Shown here: piece by piece, positions 1 to 14,072 of the stretch
Position numbering within the stretch: position 1 is the stretch's first letter
How the letters are laid out: each line of letters starts with the position of its first letter
Origin: Felis catus
Lineage: Eukaryota
Assembly (NCBI RefSeq): GCF_018350175.1
Contig: NC_058368.1
Span: 16,432,001 to 16,496,000, forward strand
Reading direction: 5' to 3'
DNA length: 64,000 nt
Notes under the pieces: model-generated
What the model was told of the DNA's origin: nothing
What the model saw: only the letters and a program-made list of their open reading frames with translations
The model's database searches: none
Program-made: the position numbers and the translations under genes

Positions 1-498
1 TGTCATATAGGCTACACAGTATTAGCCAGCGATGCATAAAACCAATAGGAAAGAACTGTGACGAGGGGCCCAGTGAGGTAATGAAGACTTGTAACTTTTC
101 CTGTCATCCCGCTTCCCTACAGCCACCAAGGAGGAGAACATAAACAGTTTATGCCCTTCTTTCCATTGCAGTGCTGGGGTTGAAGGATGAGCAAAAGATG
201 GACAATTCCAGGTCCTCTGAGCGCTGGGTAAGGCCTTTGTCAGGAAGAGGAAAGCTTAAAATAACTCAAGGTTTCAGGAACTTGATATCTACTAGACATA
301 TCATTAAGGTACAGGAAAAGATATTTGGTATAGGGCAGTTGGGCAGAGTGATCAGAAAAAGTAAAAAACATTTCATGTTTAGATTCTAGGGAGTTGAGAC
401 TCCTTAATTAAGCTTTTACATGAATACAGAATTTGTATGAAATTGTGCTTCCAGAATTGTTTCTCAATCTTTAATGTTTAAAGACCTCTGGAATTTCT

Positions 499-731
499 CT
501 TTTTTTAATTTTTGAAAATTTTTAATGTTTATTATTTATTTTTGAGGGAGAGAGGGAGACAGAGTGTGACCAGGGAGGGGCAGAAAGAGAGGGAGACACA
601 GAATCTGAAGCAGGCTCCAGGCTCTGAGTTATCAGCACAGAGTCTGATCCTGGGGCTCAAACTCATGAACCGTGAGATAATGACCTAAGCCAAAGTTGGA
701 CGCTTAACCAGCAGAGCTACCCAGGCACCCC
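499..731 (-). mobile_element. CAN-SINE (feliform SINEC)
   Basis: Reverse-complement tRNA-derived head, (CT)n and A-tail; 18-bp TSD aagacctctggaatttct at 481-498 and 732-749. Confidence 0.93.
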
Positions 732-866
732 AAGACCTCTGGAATTTCTGAATTAATGAACAAAGGGGAGAATTAAAAATGTAAGTTTTTTGTAGAAATT
801 CACAATTGTTATGACTTTAGTCAGTTGGCCATGCTTCAAGAAACACTGACTTAAAGGGGCAGTAAA

Positions 867-1893
867 ACATGCAAAAGAATGAACCTGGACTACTTTCTTT
901 CACCATACATAAAAATGAACTCAAAATGGATTAAGGACCTAAATGTGAGACCTAAAACCATAAAAATCCTAGAAAAGAGCACACGTAGTAATTTATCTGA
1001 CATTGGCCATAACATTTTCCTAGAGATGTCTCCTGAGGCAAGGGAAACAAAAGCAAAAATAAACTATTGAGACTACATCCAAATAAAAAGCTTCTGCACA
1101 GCAGAGGAAACAACAAAACTAAAAACAAACTACTGAATGAGAGAAGATATTTTCAAGTGACATATCTGATAAAGGGTTAGCATCAAAAATAAAGAATTTA
1201 TATAGTCCAACACCCCAAAAAACAAATAATCCAGTTAAAAAATGGGCAGAAGACATGAACAGATGTTTCTCCAAAGAAAACATCCAGATGGCCAACAGAC
1301 ATGAGATGTTCAACATCACTCATCATCAGGGAAATTCAAATTGAAACCACAATGAGATTATCACCTCACACCAGTCAGAATGGCTAAAATAAAAAACAAA
1401 CAAACAAAAGCAAAACAAAGATAAGAAATAATAGGCGTTGGCAAAAACGTGGAGAGAAGGAACCCTTGTGCACTCTTGGTGGGAATGCAAACTGGTGCAG
1501 CCACTGTGGAAAATAGTATGGAGGTTCCTTAAAAAATTAAACATAGAATTACCATATGATCTAGTAATTCCCTTACTGGGTACCCAAAGCGTATGAAAAC
1601 ACTAATTTGAAAGGATATATGCATCTCCTATGTTTATTGAAGCACTATTTACAGTAGCCAAGTTATGGAAGCAGCCCATGTCCATTGATAGATGAATGGA
1701 TAAAGAAGATGTGGGGTGTGTGTGTGTGTGTGCTGTAATATTACCCATAAAAAAGAATGAAATCTTGACATTTACACAACATGGATGGATTTAGGGGGTA
1801 TAATACTAAGTGAAAAATTCAGTCAGAGAAAGACAAATACCTTCGGGTCTCACTCATATGTGGAATTTAAGAAACAAAACAAATGAGCAAAGG
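867..1893 (+). mobile_element. LINE-1 fragment (ORF2 C-terminus and start of 3' UTR; carnivore-age), disrupted
   Basis: Encodes ORF2-like 'LSPYIKMNSKWIKDLNVRPKTIKILE'; typical L1 motifs (actggtgcagccactgtggaaa, gatgaatggataaagaagatgtgg); frameshifts and stops. Confidence 0.92.
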
Positions 1894-1959
1894 AGTCCTG
1901 AATTCTTGGGCTGCTTTTGCCTCCTTGAATTCTATTCCTCACATTTTGAGGGCAGTATT

Positions 1960-2180
1960 CACGGTGGATAAAAGTTGTAGTTCTGGAATTACACCAACTG
2001 GAATTTGAATCAAGTGCCTGCTGTTTATTAGCTCCTGATCCTGGGCAAGTGACCCAACTTCTCTCAGCCTATTTCCTCTCTATGAAATGAGATACTAACA
2101 AGATTTGTTATTAAATGAAGTGACATTACTACAAGTTCAAATGAGGATACACATTTCAGTCATTTAGCACAGTGCCTATC
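1960..2180 (+). mobile_element. MIR SINE remnant
   Basis: MIR core-like ctgggcaagtgacccaacttctctcagcctatttcctctctatgaaatgag ... cagtcatttagcacagtgcct. Confidence 0.7.
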
Positions 2181-4690
2181 TTCTTGGTTTCTACTATTAT
2201 TACTGCTATCAGTACTACTGCTATTGTGATTCTGAACTAATGAAAACCACTTTTCATTAGTTCACCCCCGCCCCCCAGTCTTTTACTCTGACCCTCCATC
2301 ATTTGGTATCTACTCCTATCTCCCTGTCTTTTGCCCTCTTCCCTTGAACTATCTGAATCATGTTGCCAAATATTTTCTCTAACAGTATTGATTTCACTTT
2401 TGGGCTACAAGATATGTATAGCATTGTCAGTACCTAAAACACTTAATTTTCTTTCTGATAAAGAAGTCATCGGGCCAGCAGTAGTATGTGCACAACAATT
2501 TTAAATTACACAAATATTTCATTGTTTGAAATCTGATAATCTTGATAAGTGTTGGTAAAGGTGATCTTCAACTTTTCCCCCCACACATAAAAAGGAAAAT
2601 GATGATTACATGTCATAGTCCAATGATTATTTGGCTTTCTTGAAAATTAAAATGTCTCTTTAAATGAATAGGTGGATGTTTTGCACCTATCTTTGGGTGT
2701 CTATGTGTGTCTGCAGCCAGTTTGCTGAGGTGGTGGGAGCACCTTGCCAAGGGAGAGAGTCAGGAGACTATATAGAATATCTTTGGGGGGCTGTTTGAGA
2801 AGATGGGTAATTCATGGGTGAGGCTGAGAGTATGAGTACCTGAAACCATACGATCTTGATGCCTGTTAGACAAAGATGTAGAAATGGTCCCAAGAAAGGA
2901 ATATACTTATATAGAATTGTCTCTGTGAGTCTTTATCTAGAGGAAAATGTGATCACAAGTTTTCTTTTTACATTTGCAATTTGGAAGCACTTATTGAAAT
3001 GTTCAGATTTGTTAATATCAACGCTTTAAAAGATAAAAATGTGAAATAAATCATGGAAATGAGAGGCCAATTTTGTTAGAGAAAAATTGTCAAATAAGTA
3101 TGTGCTATAGGCAAGATGTATAATCCGGATATTATGAGCAATTCTTAGTTTATGCCTAGGAATCCACTAGAAGCTATTTTTAACAGAGCTCAGATTTCTT
3201 CCTATGATACATCTTTTCCTCAGTTCACCCTTCTCCTTATCATGCTCAGCATGCATAGATTTATATACTACATAATTATGGCATATTCTTAGGCACACAC
3301 ATAATATCAAGTCACTTCAGTATCCATTTTTCCTTTCTCATGGAGAACAAAGTATTTCCTGCTTCATTAATGTGATAGCCTCCATTAACACCCACTTTTA
3401 TGAAAAATGTTACCCATTTCATAATTTCTTTTTGCTAAGCTGATAACGTAAGTCTACATCTCAATATTTCACATATATATTTATATCTGTACACTTTTTT
3501 TTTGCAGGGAATAAGCTACGATACAAATTTGATAGTTACAGTTGAATTATGATGGATTCTATAGGACAATCAAAACCAGTTTTTGGGAAGGCCTTAAAAA
3601 TTAGCATTCAAAAGTTGGTTTTACTTCATATTACCTTCAGAAAGAAAATGACATCCATTTGAGAAAAAAACTGCTGCTATAATTTAAATAAATTCTCATT
3701 ATATATAAAGATAACATGCTATATTTAGTTTGCATGTAAATTTTATGGAAAAGGGAACTTCTGATATGAATATTCATTCTCATATCCCTGGTATTCTATG
3801 TTAAAAACCAAAACTTTGAATAAATTAAGAGTGTCAAGGTCATGGCCCATCAGAATGTAGAAGTGACCAGATCTCTAATCTGGCCCATGGCTCCTTTGAA
3901 TCCATCATTCAGTCTTTCCAATAACACTTTCTCTCAGACACTTGAAAGGTATAGGTCTGTCATCAGGCCCATATGCTAGAACTATCATTTTTCACTTTTT
4001 ATTCTAGTTTAAATGGGTAATGTGACACTCTGAGTGCATTGGTGTCTATGTGCCTAGAATCTGCCTATCTATTGAGATAGTTCTAACTGTATTATCTGTG
4101 GTTAGTTTTCTCTTTTGGTTAGGACTGTATCTCCAGATGACCACATCCTAAGTTTGATCCCTGCATGAGGCCTTTAGATTTCTTTGCTTATACGCTAAAA
4201 CTTATCCTGACAGCAGACATCCACAAGAGTGTTGTTTGATGGGAGAAAGAAGGGTCAGTAACCTTCCATACAAGAAAGTCTGAAGGAAAAATCATTCAAA
4301 GGTACAGCTTATCAATGATTCCGCAGTGGAAGAATACCAGGGTTATTGCAGACTGTTTTCTCAAGATATAAAACTCAATAGACTTCAATTTAAATAGTCA
4401 ACATGATGTTGAACTTCCAGAGGAAAGATATTGAAATAACAGGGAAAAATTATTCTACCCCTGTACAAAATCTCAAGATATCTGGATCTGTCAGACCAAA
4501 TAAGTTTGTATTGTAGAAACACAGCAAAGTATATGAAAGAACAGAAATTCCAAAGCAAAAACATACTTCTTAAGGAGATAAAGGGATCAGTTTGAGAGAT
4601 TATACTCTGCACTTAGAAAACTTTTCTACTCAGGAAAAGTTAAAATTTATGGTATGAATATATAAAACAAATCAAAAGTCTTTTTGTCAG

Positions 4691-5299
4691 AATTGGTGCA
4701 GCCGCTCTGGAAAGCAGTGTGGAGGTTCCTCAGAAAATTAAAAATAGACCTACCCTATGACCCAGCAATAGCACTGCTAGGAATTTACCTAAGGGATACA
4801 GGAGTACTGATGCATAGGGGCACTTGTACCCCAATGTTTATAGCAGCACTCTCAACAATAGCCAAATTGTGGAAAGAGCCTAAATGTCCATCAACTGATG
4901 AATGGATAAAGAAATTGTGGTTTATATACACAATGGAATACTACGTGGCAATGAGAAAGAATGAAATATTTTGTAGCAACGTGGATGGAACTGGAGAGTG
5001 TGATGCTAAGTGAAATAAGCCATACAGAGAAAGACAGATACCATATGGTTTCACTCTTATGTGGATCTTGAGAAACTTAACAGAATCCCATGGGGGAGGG
5101 GAAGGAAAAAAAAAAGAGGTTAGAGTGGGAGAGAGCCAAAGCATAAGAGACTCTTAAAAACTGAGAACAAACTGAGGGTTGATGGGGGGTGGGAGGGAGA
5201 GGAGGGTGGTGATGGGTATTGAGGAGGGCACCTTTTGGGATGAGCACTGGGTGTTGTATGGAAACCAATTTGACAATAAATTTCATATATTGGAAAAAA
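4691..5299 (+). mobile_element. Young 5'-truncated felid LINE-1 (L1_Fc-like)
   Basis: ORF2 C-terminus LVQPLWKAVWRFLRKLKIDLPYDPAIALLGIY...; G-rich 3' UTR, AATAAA and A-tail; perfect 17-bp TSD aaaagtctttttgtcag at 4674-4690 and 5300-5316. Confidence 0.95.
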
Positions 5300-7980
5300 A
5301 AAAGTCTTTTTGTCAGGATTATACAATGGGAGGTATAAAAGTTATCATTTCTTATAAATTATATCATAGGTCTGGGGAACAGCCCCTGAAAACGGAAGGA
5401 AAGTAAAGCGAGGAGGAAGGAAAAAGCTTTTCTTTACACAAAAAGTAGCCCACAGAGTGACTTGGGTTGAAAATCTAAGTTGGTTCAAGAAGACTTGAGA
5501 AAAACCCATGCATAGACCCTCAATCTATCACTGGGAAAACTAACGTGATGAGAAACATATTTGTAAGCCATACTCTTCTCTGTAAGTCATTCAGTCTTGT
5601 TATTATAAACCTAGAACCTCACAGCGGAGGGACTGTGAAATGTTTAGCCACTGACTTTTTACCAGACAGCAGTATTAATAAGGAAGACAAGATAGAAGTC
5701 TCATTAATACAGTTATGAAATCAGAACAGGCCTTTTTGTCTATATCCCACCTTTGGTCAAAGGTTATAGCATTTCTACCCTGTTGTCTTTAGTCTCTTCC
5801 CCACCTACCCTGGCTTAAAAAAACAATGCAAAACAAAACGTCTTTTTCTGCCCTAATAATGACAGCTCCCCAGCACAGGGCAATAGGACTCAATGGGACT
5901 TTGAATCTTTCATTTTTTTTTTTTTATGAAGATACTGGAAATCCTGAGAGCTTGTGACCACTCATAATTTACTAGTTTCTTAGTGACAGAACCTGGTCAT
6001 GTATTCAAATACAGTGCTTTTTCTACAAGAGCCCAATAACATAGTGAATATAGCCTTTAATCATGGATGTATCAAAACACTTAGAACTCAGTCTGAGATA
6101 TGAGACACTCAGAATTCACTAGCCTTGACAGGCCTATCTGATATAGAAAATTCTTTCTCCATGCCCAGGTATTTAAGCAGGAGGATCGTTCGTATATATT
6201 TTTTATTCTAGAAAATCTCTTTGCATCCTAAAAATTCCCAAGTAAATTAATTGCCTAGGTCAGGATAGCTTAAGAAAATGTTGCCTTTAGAAGATATTTC
6301 CCCAGGCTGGAATTTTAATTATCACAATTAAATTTGTACCTTATTTAACCATTCAGCTGAGGATTGGATATGATTTCTAGCCAGCTTTCATGGAAAATTC
6401 TATTACAAGTTTTGCAAGAAGGAGGCAGCCAATGACTCTTTTAATTGCACAAGTTACTAAAGGCTTGAAGCTTGTATTTTTTAATATCATTTACTGTTTT
6501 CTGGCATGTAACATATCTCATTGTTTATTATCTATTTCCTCTAGTCACTATTGCCCTGCACTGCACTTACTATACAGAAAGTAGTCTATATATTTTCATT
6601 GAGTGCATAAAGGAAAGTCTAGAAATACTATCTCTGCTTATACTGCATTGTAGCTATGGCATTTTTCAAAACTAAATATTCTATATTTCATTTGGAATAT
6701 CAATTTTTAGACATTCTATATAAGTTCCCCATAATGGGAAATTTAACCTCCAAAATGCTTCTTTAAGAATTGTTTACAAGAAATTTTCTATGAAGAAATA
6801 TCTATAAAGAACATATTCCTAATGTGAGCTATTTAATTTAAAAGGGAATGGGCAGGGTAATTTTATATTGAATATCAACTACAATGTCATAATTATTTTA
6901 TTAAGCTTTCTCCTAATTTAAGCAAGATCACACTTTATGCATTCCATATTAATGAGAATGTACTCTGTTTTAAAGTTCACCTAAGAAGGTGCTTTTTCCA
7001 ACATTTGTAAAACATACCGAATCTTGTTCCTATGAACTTTTCTTATTGTCAGTACTTAGAGTAGTTATAATGTTTAAAATCAAAGAGTACCTCTACCTCA
7101 GATTCAGATATAGTCCTGTTTTCTTTCCTGCCTTTTCCACATTTTACAATTTCTCCAGTAATTTTGACAGTTAAGCCAAACTGATCTTCTGAGACTGTGA
7201 ATCATGAAATTTTCACATATTTTCTAATTACTAAATGATGAGATGGATATGATACCAGAGAGGTTTAAAATGATGAGCTAAATTGAGAAAATATGATTTT
7301 TAGCAAACCACAGTAGGTTAGAGGAAAGAGTAATTAAAATGTGAATTTTAACTATGGCTACGATAAGAGAGTAAAACAAAGTTTTTACCAGCTACTTTAA
7401 GCTTTTCTACCTTGATTTCTACAGATCCCAGAACATTTTTCTTTCTATGGAAAGAACAGAGAGAGATTGGAGGATGTCCTAGAGTTTAATTTTCTATTAT
7501 TTTGGTTGAATATATAATTTCAAAGATAAAGTTAAATGGATTGGTTTTAAAGAATGGTTATAGTTACTTTATGTACAGAATTACTAATTCTGCAGAGTGA
7601 TTTGTAATTTGTCTTTTGGAAGGTGTATCCATTAAGAAAACTACAATGATCAGTTACATATGGCCAATGAGATATGTCGAAAGTCTTTAAAAGACAAGCT
7701 TACAAACAAAAAACCCAGAAAATCATTCATGGGGCATGATGTCATTAAAATCTGAAATCTTAAAACCTACAGTTACATTTCATAGGCTGCACTTGGGGGC
7801 AAGTTCCCCAAAACTTGCAAAAGTGTTTATTTAGTTTGGGGATTAGGCCTTGGAGCTCAAATGGTCAAACCTGTTTTCAACATTCCTGTGTCCCAAACTT
7901 TAATGAATATTCTTTTCTGGGCAACAAAATTCCATGGCAGCAACACGTTTTTATTATATTTTCTATAGTAACACATTTAC

Positions 7981-8317
7981 CCAGGACCCACGGTAATATC
8001 ATCCACTCGACGATGGTTGGTGGTGGACCTTGCCTGTTCAAGTCTGACCTGTCGATGTGCTGAGAGGCAAGCAGCAGCAGGAACAAAAAAGTCAAATAGG
8101 ACGCTGTATGGCAGATGAACTTGATAAAGGGCTTTCTGATGAACAGTCCCAGTGGGCTTTTAGGAGCTATAAGATAGCACACAGAGAAGACGGGAAAAAG
8201 GAGTCCTATTATGAAACACGTCACCATCTTCACTGCCCAGTGTCGTCTCCTCCAGCCCGGGAACTCATCATACCAGCGAGATGCAAGCAGTTGTTGACAG
8301 TTGGGCTGAGCAACAAA
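7981..8317 (-). CDS. TRPC4: TRPC4 internal coding exon (probably exon 4): pre-S1 elbow, S1 and start of S2
   Basis: Translates [112 protein letters not shown](G). Continues in frame from ...RQKE of the upstream exon. Acceptor cttttcctttcctttctgtgtAG (8319-8318), donor G|GTAAAT (7980-7979). 337 nt. Confidence 0.97.
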
Positions 8318-8352
8318 CTACACAGAAAGGAAAGGAAAAGCAAGAGTCAGTG
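8318..8352 (-). promoter_or_regulatory. 3' splice site: branch point (CTGAC), polypyrimidine tract and AG
   Basis: Minus strand reads cactgActcttgcttttcctttcctttctgtgtag; the branch A is at 8347, about 30 nt upstream of the exon. Confidence 0.7.
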
Positions 8353-8435
8353 TCACATATGGTGGATTCAGTTCATCAGTAAGACCACAGATTTATCTTT
8401 AAAGCCAGAAGTTCTGCTTTAAATAATTTTATGTT

Positions 8436-8547
8436 GGGTGCCTGGCTGGCTCAGTTGGTAGAGCAAATGATTCTTGATTGTGGGGTTGTGAGTTTGAGCC
8501 CCACCTTGGGGGCAGAGATCACTTAAAAATAAAATTTCTTAAAAATT
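8436..8547 (+). mobile_element. Short tRNA-derived carnivore SINE (no CT tract)
   Basis: gggtgcctggctggctcagttggtagagc (A box) ... gagtttgagcccc (B box) plus A-rich tail; aataattttat repeated at 8422-8432 and 8548-8558. Confidence 0.8.
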
Positions 8548-11500
8548 AATAATTTTATATTTAAATAATCATTAAGTCCTTTAACTCATTCTGTGAATAA
8601 AGCCTCTTTATGTAATATTTTATACCCAAGGCATAGTGCTATGGGCTTAGTCAGATGTGACAGAAATCATGGTTGTACAGATGTAAAAATACAGATGGAG
8701 AACAAGAATAGTCATAAGACACACTGATGAGTGAGCAAAGTTGTGTACAAAGGCATACACACACACACACATATATATATGTACATATATATATGATATA
8801 TATATGTGGCGCAAGAAAAGATGTCAATAGTGCTTGTTTCTTAGTTTACTGGTTGTTTTCTGGTTATGACATTATACTAGATTTCATTTTTATATTTGTG
8901 TATACTTTTAACATTTTGTATGATAAATACTATCTTTTTATCATCAGAAAAAGTAATTATACTTTTAATTGGGTTGAGACATTAAGAAAAACATACATGA
9001 AAGCATATTAGGATTACCAGAATGTAAATCATCGTAGTTGAATTTGGTGGAAATAAACCCTATACTTGCCTAAGTATAATCAATTACCATATACCAAACA
9101 TTTCACAAACATAGCATTGTTTTATCTTGCCAACATTTTGGGGATATAGCATAGAACTTACTCTCTTTTAAGGATGAGGATACAGGGTGTTATAAGAGGT
9201 CAGTAAATTTATTTAAGGGCACATATCTAGTAAGTGATAAAACATTTGAGTAACTGGTCTGGGATTTTTTTTTTTTTTCTGCACACTACATTTCTCACTG
9301 GGACTGACAGCCAGGCATTAATATAAATTCAGAGGGAATTATTTCTTCCAGATGGAATGGTCCAAGAATGCTGCCCAGTGGATCTGGCTTTGAAGGGGCA
9401 GATTTCTATAAGCAGAGAGGAGAAGGGGAAGGCAATTAAAGGCAAGGTATGGGGAGAGAGAGAACATACTCTGGGAAGAAGTGTTTAAGGGATGCCCTGT
9501 GGGCACTGTTGACTGAAGAAGAAGCTTTAGTGTCTTGTAAGGGACTTGGAGAAGTTCCTTTGATATTCTTTTTCGTCTTCGGTTTTAGCCTGTATAGATC
9601 TCCTTGAGACAAGACTTGCCCTTACTCTTTTTTGGTGGTAAGCAAGCAAAAAATCCCTGGGTTCACATAATCCCGTGATTATCACAAACTAAAAGCTCTT
9701 TGAGAGTGAAAGGAGAGAAAGGATGATTGACTAAAAGAGAAATTCAGTAGTTGAGATGTGCAAACATATCAACTGGACATGAAATGATTTTTCGTGCAAC
9801 TGTTTCTCATCACCTTGTCTTGGATACTCTACTCATCAAAGGACACAGAGGGCAAAAAATATGTAATAAATCAAATTTATAATAATGTGCTTAGTAAATA
9901 TAGATAAAATAGAACTGTGTTTCATCAAGACTTAGATCATGAGGGCTGTCTTCATTACTTTGAAAGTAATTAGTAAAATCAAATTTTATAACCCAAAGAA
10001 TAGCTTTTCTTAACACAGTCCTTGCCTATTATTCTGGTCAAAGTCAGGCATCTGGAAGTCAAAATAGAGTTCTTGCTGATATATATGCAGAGTAATGGCA
10101 AAGAATGGTAAGTCGTTAACAAGCCCTGTCCTTTTTAAGAGTTGTCCCTCCAGCACATACAGGATCCTTCCCACCAGGGTTCTATAAACAAATCAGTCTT
10201 TCATCTTCTTTCTATTTTTTTTCATGTAAAACATTTCTCATACTATTAGAATTCAGCACAACTGAAAGACCTTAATAAAAGGGAGTTAAACTTCCAGAAA
10301 ATGCAAGATTTAACAAGCAGTTGCTAGAATATCTCATTAATCCTCACACACTGAAGAAACACTATAAGGGACTAAGTATGAATGATATATTTAATACATG
10401 CAGAAAAAGTGAAAGAAAGGTACATACTTTGTTCAAGATGATCTGGGTGAATACTAGGACTTATAACCAATGCCCTTCTTGGCCAAAATCTCATTACAGC
10501 ATGGGACACCCCAGGACAATTGAGCAAATAGCTTTATTAGGAACATTTAAGGTTTTCTCAGATAAATGTTTCTGTTGCCTAATACACATGTATAGACTGT
10601 GTTAAATTATCCAGAAGAAGCAAACTATTTAGTCCTTCTAGGAACACCTGCATTGCCAAACAGTAGGTTAGCCTTCGTTCTTACTAATACTTTTTTTCTT
10701 AAAAGGTTTTTTTTTAATTATTGTAAACTATACATCTGTGCTTAATTAATGAACAGTGTACAAAGTTTTCTTCTAGACACAGACACAATGAAACTTATAC
10801 AGACCTAAAGAATAGAAATAGGATTATAAGAAGAGCAGGGGTGAGTGTACATAATATACAAGTTTCCCCAAATTTGGATATTATTTGACTACAAATTTGT
10901 TCCAATCATAGGATTAAAATAAACCAAAAAGTATTCCTAAGAATCACTGTAAATCTAAATGCCCTCACAATGGTTTTACATCCTCCTTCTACTACACCTG
11001 TTCACTACATGTCTTCACCCGCATTTTCCATGAAAAAAAAGTGGGTTTCATGGTTAAATTAGTTACCAAAATAAGAATTAAAAGAATTAAACTTCTATAC
11101 TACAGGGTTTTGTAGAGTCTTTAATTGCTAAAGTGGATTAAAACATTCCATTCTCTCATTCCTTCCTCTTTCCATTTTTCTTTTTTTCTTTCCTTCATGC
11201 TCTACTCTGTACTTCATCTCTTGTCTCCTTCTTCCTTTCTTTCTCTCATCCCCAACCCCCAGCCTCTTGGTTTATTTGGCTTATTTAGAGAGACACAGCT
11301 TTACCCCAACTCCCTCTGAAAGACACCCTCAGAGAGGGCCATCCTATCTCTCACACCTGCCACTGGCCCATTCCAACAAAGCCCTTTCCAGATGGGCGTT
11401 CACATTGCCTGCAGCATGCCGGGAGCCCAGAGCCTCTGCCTCTTCTGCTTCATCTTTCTACTGCACGTTGAGTCACAGGAACACCCTTCCCAGGACTGGG

Positions 11501-12922
11501 GGAAGTAGGGTATCTCTTCAGGCAACACTTTTCTCCCTACAGCTATTGGCCAATTCTAGCACGACTACAGCCATCCCATTAAAATTCATATTAAAACATT
11601 AGGAACATTCAAATTCACATTGGTGCCATGCATTTATAAAAGACACTAGAAGAAAAAAAGGAAAAACTTCCTATCCCTCTCTTTCAGTAACCTTTAAAAG
11701 AATTTCAAAAGCCCGTTCTCATGATTATTTATCAAATCCTTGAGTCATGGAATTTGATATATTGAAGAAACTGTAAAGATTACTGAAATCTAACTTTTAC
11801 AAATAAAGAGAAATCTGGTATGAATGATTTTAAAACAACTACTCAAAATACTAAAGCAATCAACAAATCAACACCATAAAGGAAACAAACAAAAATGATG
11901 AAAGAGGATAAAGAAAGACTTACTTTTACCACAAAGTAAAAAGAAACAAACAAACAAACAAACAAAAAATACCCCAAACTCAAAACCAGGCAGACCAAGA
12001 AGCCTCACTACTACATGGGCAGGTATTAAATATTAATTGGATATGAATGTAATAAACAGAAGAGAGTTCCAAAATTAATGAAGCCCTAGTAATTAAAATG
12101 ACTATAGATCTACTTGGTATTTGTCTCAGTGTTTGTATTTTATCTTTTCAGTTTTGAAGTACTTTTTATAGCTTAAAAATTTGTATCCAAAGTTCAGACT
12201 GCAGTCATATTCTCTATAAGAGCAAAATCGAGATTCTGGGAACAGCCAACATGGCTACTTTATGCATCTTGAGTAAGTGGGATAGTTAACATGAGAGTTG
12301 AGAATGGACTTGAGTCTCAAGAGAATTGAAACTTTTGAGGTGAATGTATTATAGTGATTTACATAACAGACAATCTGATTTCTTTGCTTAAAAAGGACCA
12401 CAGTTTCCTCTGGGTCTTACTGTTTCTTTCTGAGCAATTAAAAAATAATCTATATCCTTTGGGGTTTTATTTCCTCTGCCCAGGAATGCTTTTCAGCAGC
12501 TCATTTTGTAATGTTGATAGCAAGGTTTAAGGATTATTGGTAGGCAAGGAGCTTTAGGGAATTATTTTGTCCATAACTAAAAACCACTTCTTCAACTTCA
12601 ATCCCAAATTTCCTTCATAGTTCCCAAGGCCCTTTAACCACGTGAGTCTCTCCCTGTTTCTTAGAGATAGCTTTAGCTGTGTTCCTCATTAAAACAATGC
12701 TGGTCTCCTGGAGCACAGTCATACTATGTAACTGCTCAGACGCTGCTACTTTATTAATCAAACATCATTTTCACCTTGTCCTCCCTACTTTAATTAAACC
12801 AATAGCATCATCTATGAGTTGGACATTGGCTAGATAAGTGGGGAGAGGACCCAGATCTGTTAAGAACCAGATATATCTGTCTTCTAGGAACTCAACATAC
12901 GTTGGGGACTGATCGTGTGACC

Positions 12923-13107
12923 AGTCCTCCAGTTTTTCTAATATTTTCTATTTTTCTATTTTTTGCTTTCCTCACTTAAGGTCAGTCTTCTTACTGAGGT
13001 TATAAACAGGCAAATTTAGTTCAGTGAAGATGCCTTAGCTGTCATATGCACAGAAGTCACACACCTGGCACATATTCTATGGTCCAGATTAGTGTAATTT
13101 AACAGGA
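12923..13107 (+). repeat. Copy 1 of ~185-bp diverged direct repeat
   Basis: Aligns by eye to 14073-14261 with about 25 differences in ~177 nt. Confidence 0.9.
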
Positions 13108-13449
13108 CATTATACGATGTGCTAAAAAAGAGGTAGAGTATAGGAGGGATTGTGCCCAACATGAAGTAATCCGAGAAAACTGAAGACAGGAACAGGATTT
13201 GCTAGTTAATTCTGAAGTAACAGGTAGAATTTTGATAGGCACAGCAGTAGGTGGATGTGTTTTAATTTAGATTTAGAGACTATCATCTTAAAACCTTCAG
13301 GATGGACATAGGTATGTTCAGATGAGCTATCCCTTGAGCTAGAAGGTCAGCATCAATGGTGAATATACCAGTGACACAGTGTGAAGGGAAACTGCAGTCA
13401 TATTTTGAGACGTCGGTGAAAATGTTTATTGAGGCAATGCTTGAGTCTA

Positions 13450-13612
13450 GATCCTTGCTGCTCAGTGTGGGCTGAGGCCAGTGGCACTGGTTTCAACTGG
13501 AAGCTCATCAGCTATGCAAAATATTAGGTCCCACTCAGGACTTGCTGAATAAGATCGACATTTGACACTGTGCTTCCTATGAATGTTAACATTTGATAAA
13601 CATTGGCTTAAA
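13450..13612. mobile_element. MER5-like hAT-Charlie DNA transposon remnant
   Basis: tgctgctcagtgtggg...ctggaagctcatcagctatgcaaaatattaggtcccactcaggacttgctgaataaga resembles MER5A/B. Confidence 0.55.
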
Positions 13613-13849
13613 GGATTTTATGTTTAACGAAGTTTTATTTAGCTCTGTTGTATCTGATAAATGCTTCCAGAGTAGTTTTAATTCAATGTAAATATACATT
13701 TGAACACTTATGAATCCCAAGAGCAAATCTGTTTGTGAGGGAGTAGGGGTACTCGGGTGTGTGGTGTGTATTTGTGTGCAGGAGTTTGCTTTCAGCTAAA
13801 TCCAGCTATGAGTCGTATGAGAACTTGGGTGAGGGGAACTAGCCACAGA

Positions 13850-14038
13850 GTGGGGCATTCTCAAAATTGAGTAAGCAACAGGGTTGCCTGGAGGCTTGGT
13901 ACAAACCATGTTCCTGAGCCCCACCTCGGTATTTCTGATTCAGTAGGTTCAAGGTGAAGCCCTGAACTTTGCATTTCTGCCAAGTTGCCATGTGATGCTG
14001 CTGTTGGGGATGCAGAGACAAATGATAAGAACCACTGT
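13850..14038. mobile_element. MER5A-like hAT-Charlie DNA transposon
   Basis: ttctcaaaattgag...gagccccacctcggtatttctgattcagtaggttcaaggtgaagccctgaactttgcatttctgccaagtt...aagaaccactg. Confidence 0.8.
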
Positions 14039-14072
14039 TTTACAGAACAACACTTTTTAAATAATATAGGAT

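Noticed and set aside
4684..5013. 109-aa ORF with real protein similarity
   Set aside because: C-terminal scrap of L1 ORF2 in a 5'-truncated element, not a host gene.
8057..8422. 121-aa plus-strand ORF
   Set aside because: Antisense shadow of the TRPC4 exon.
8436..8510. tRNA-like sequence with A and B boxes
   Set aside because: Followed by an A-rich tail and target duplication, with imperfect stems; a tRNA-derived SINE rather than a tRNA gene.
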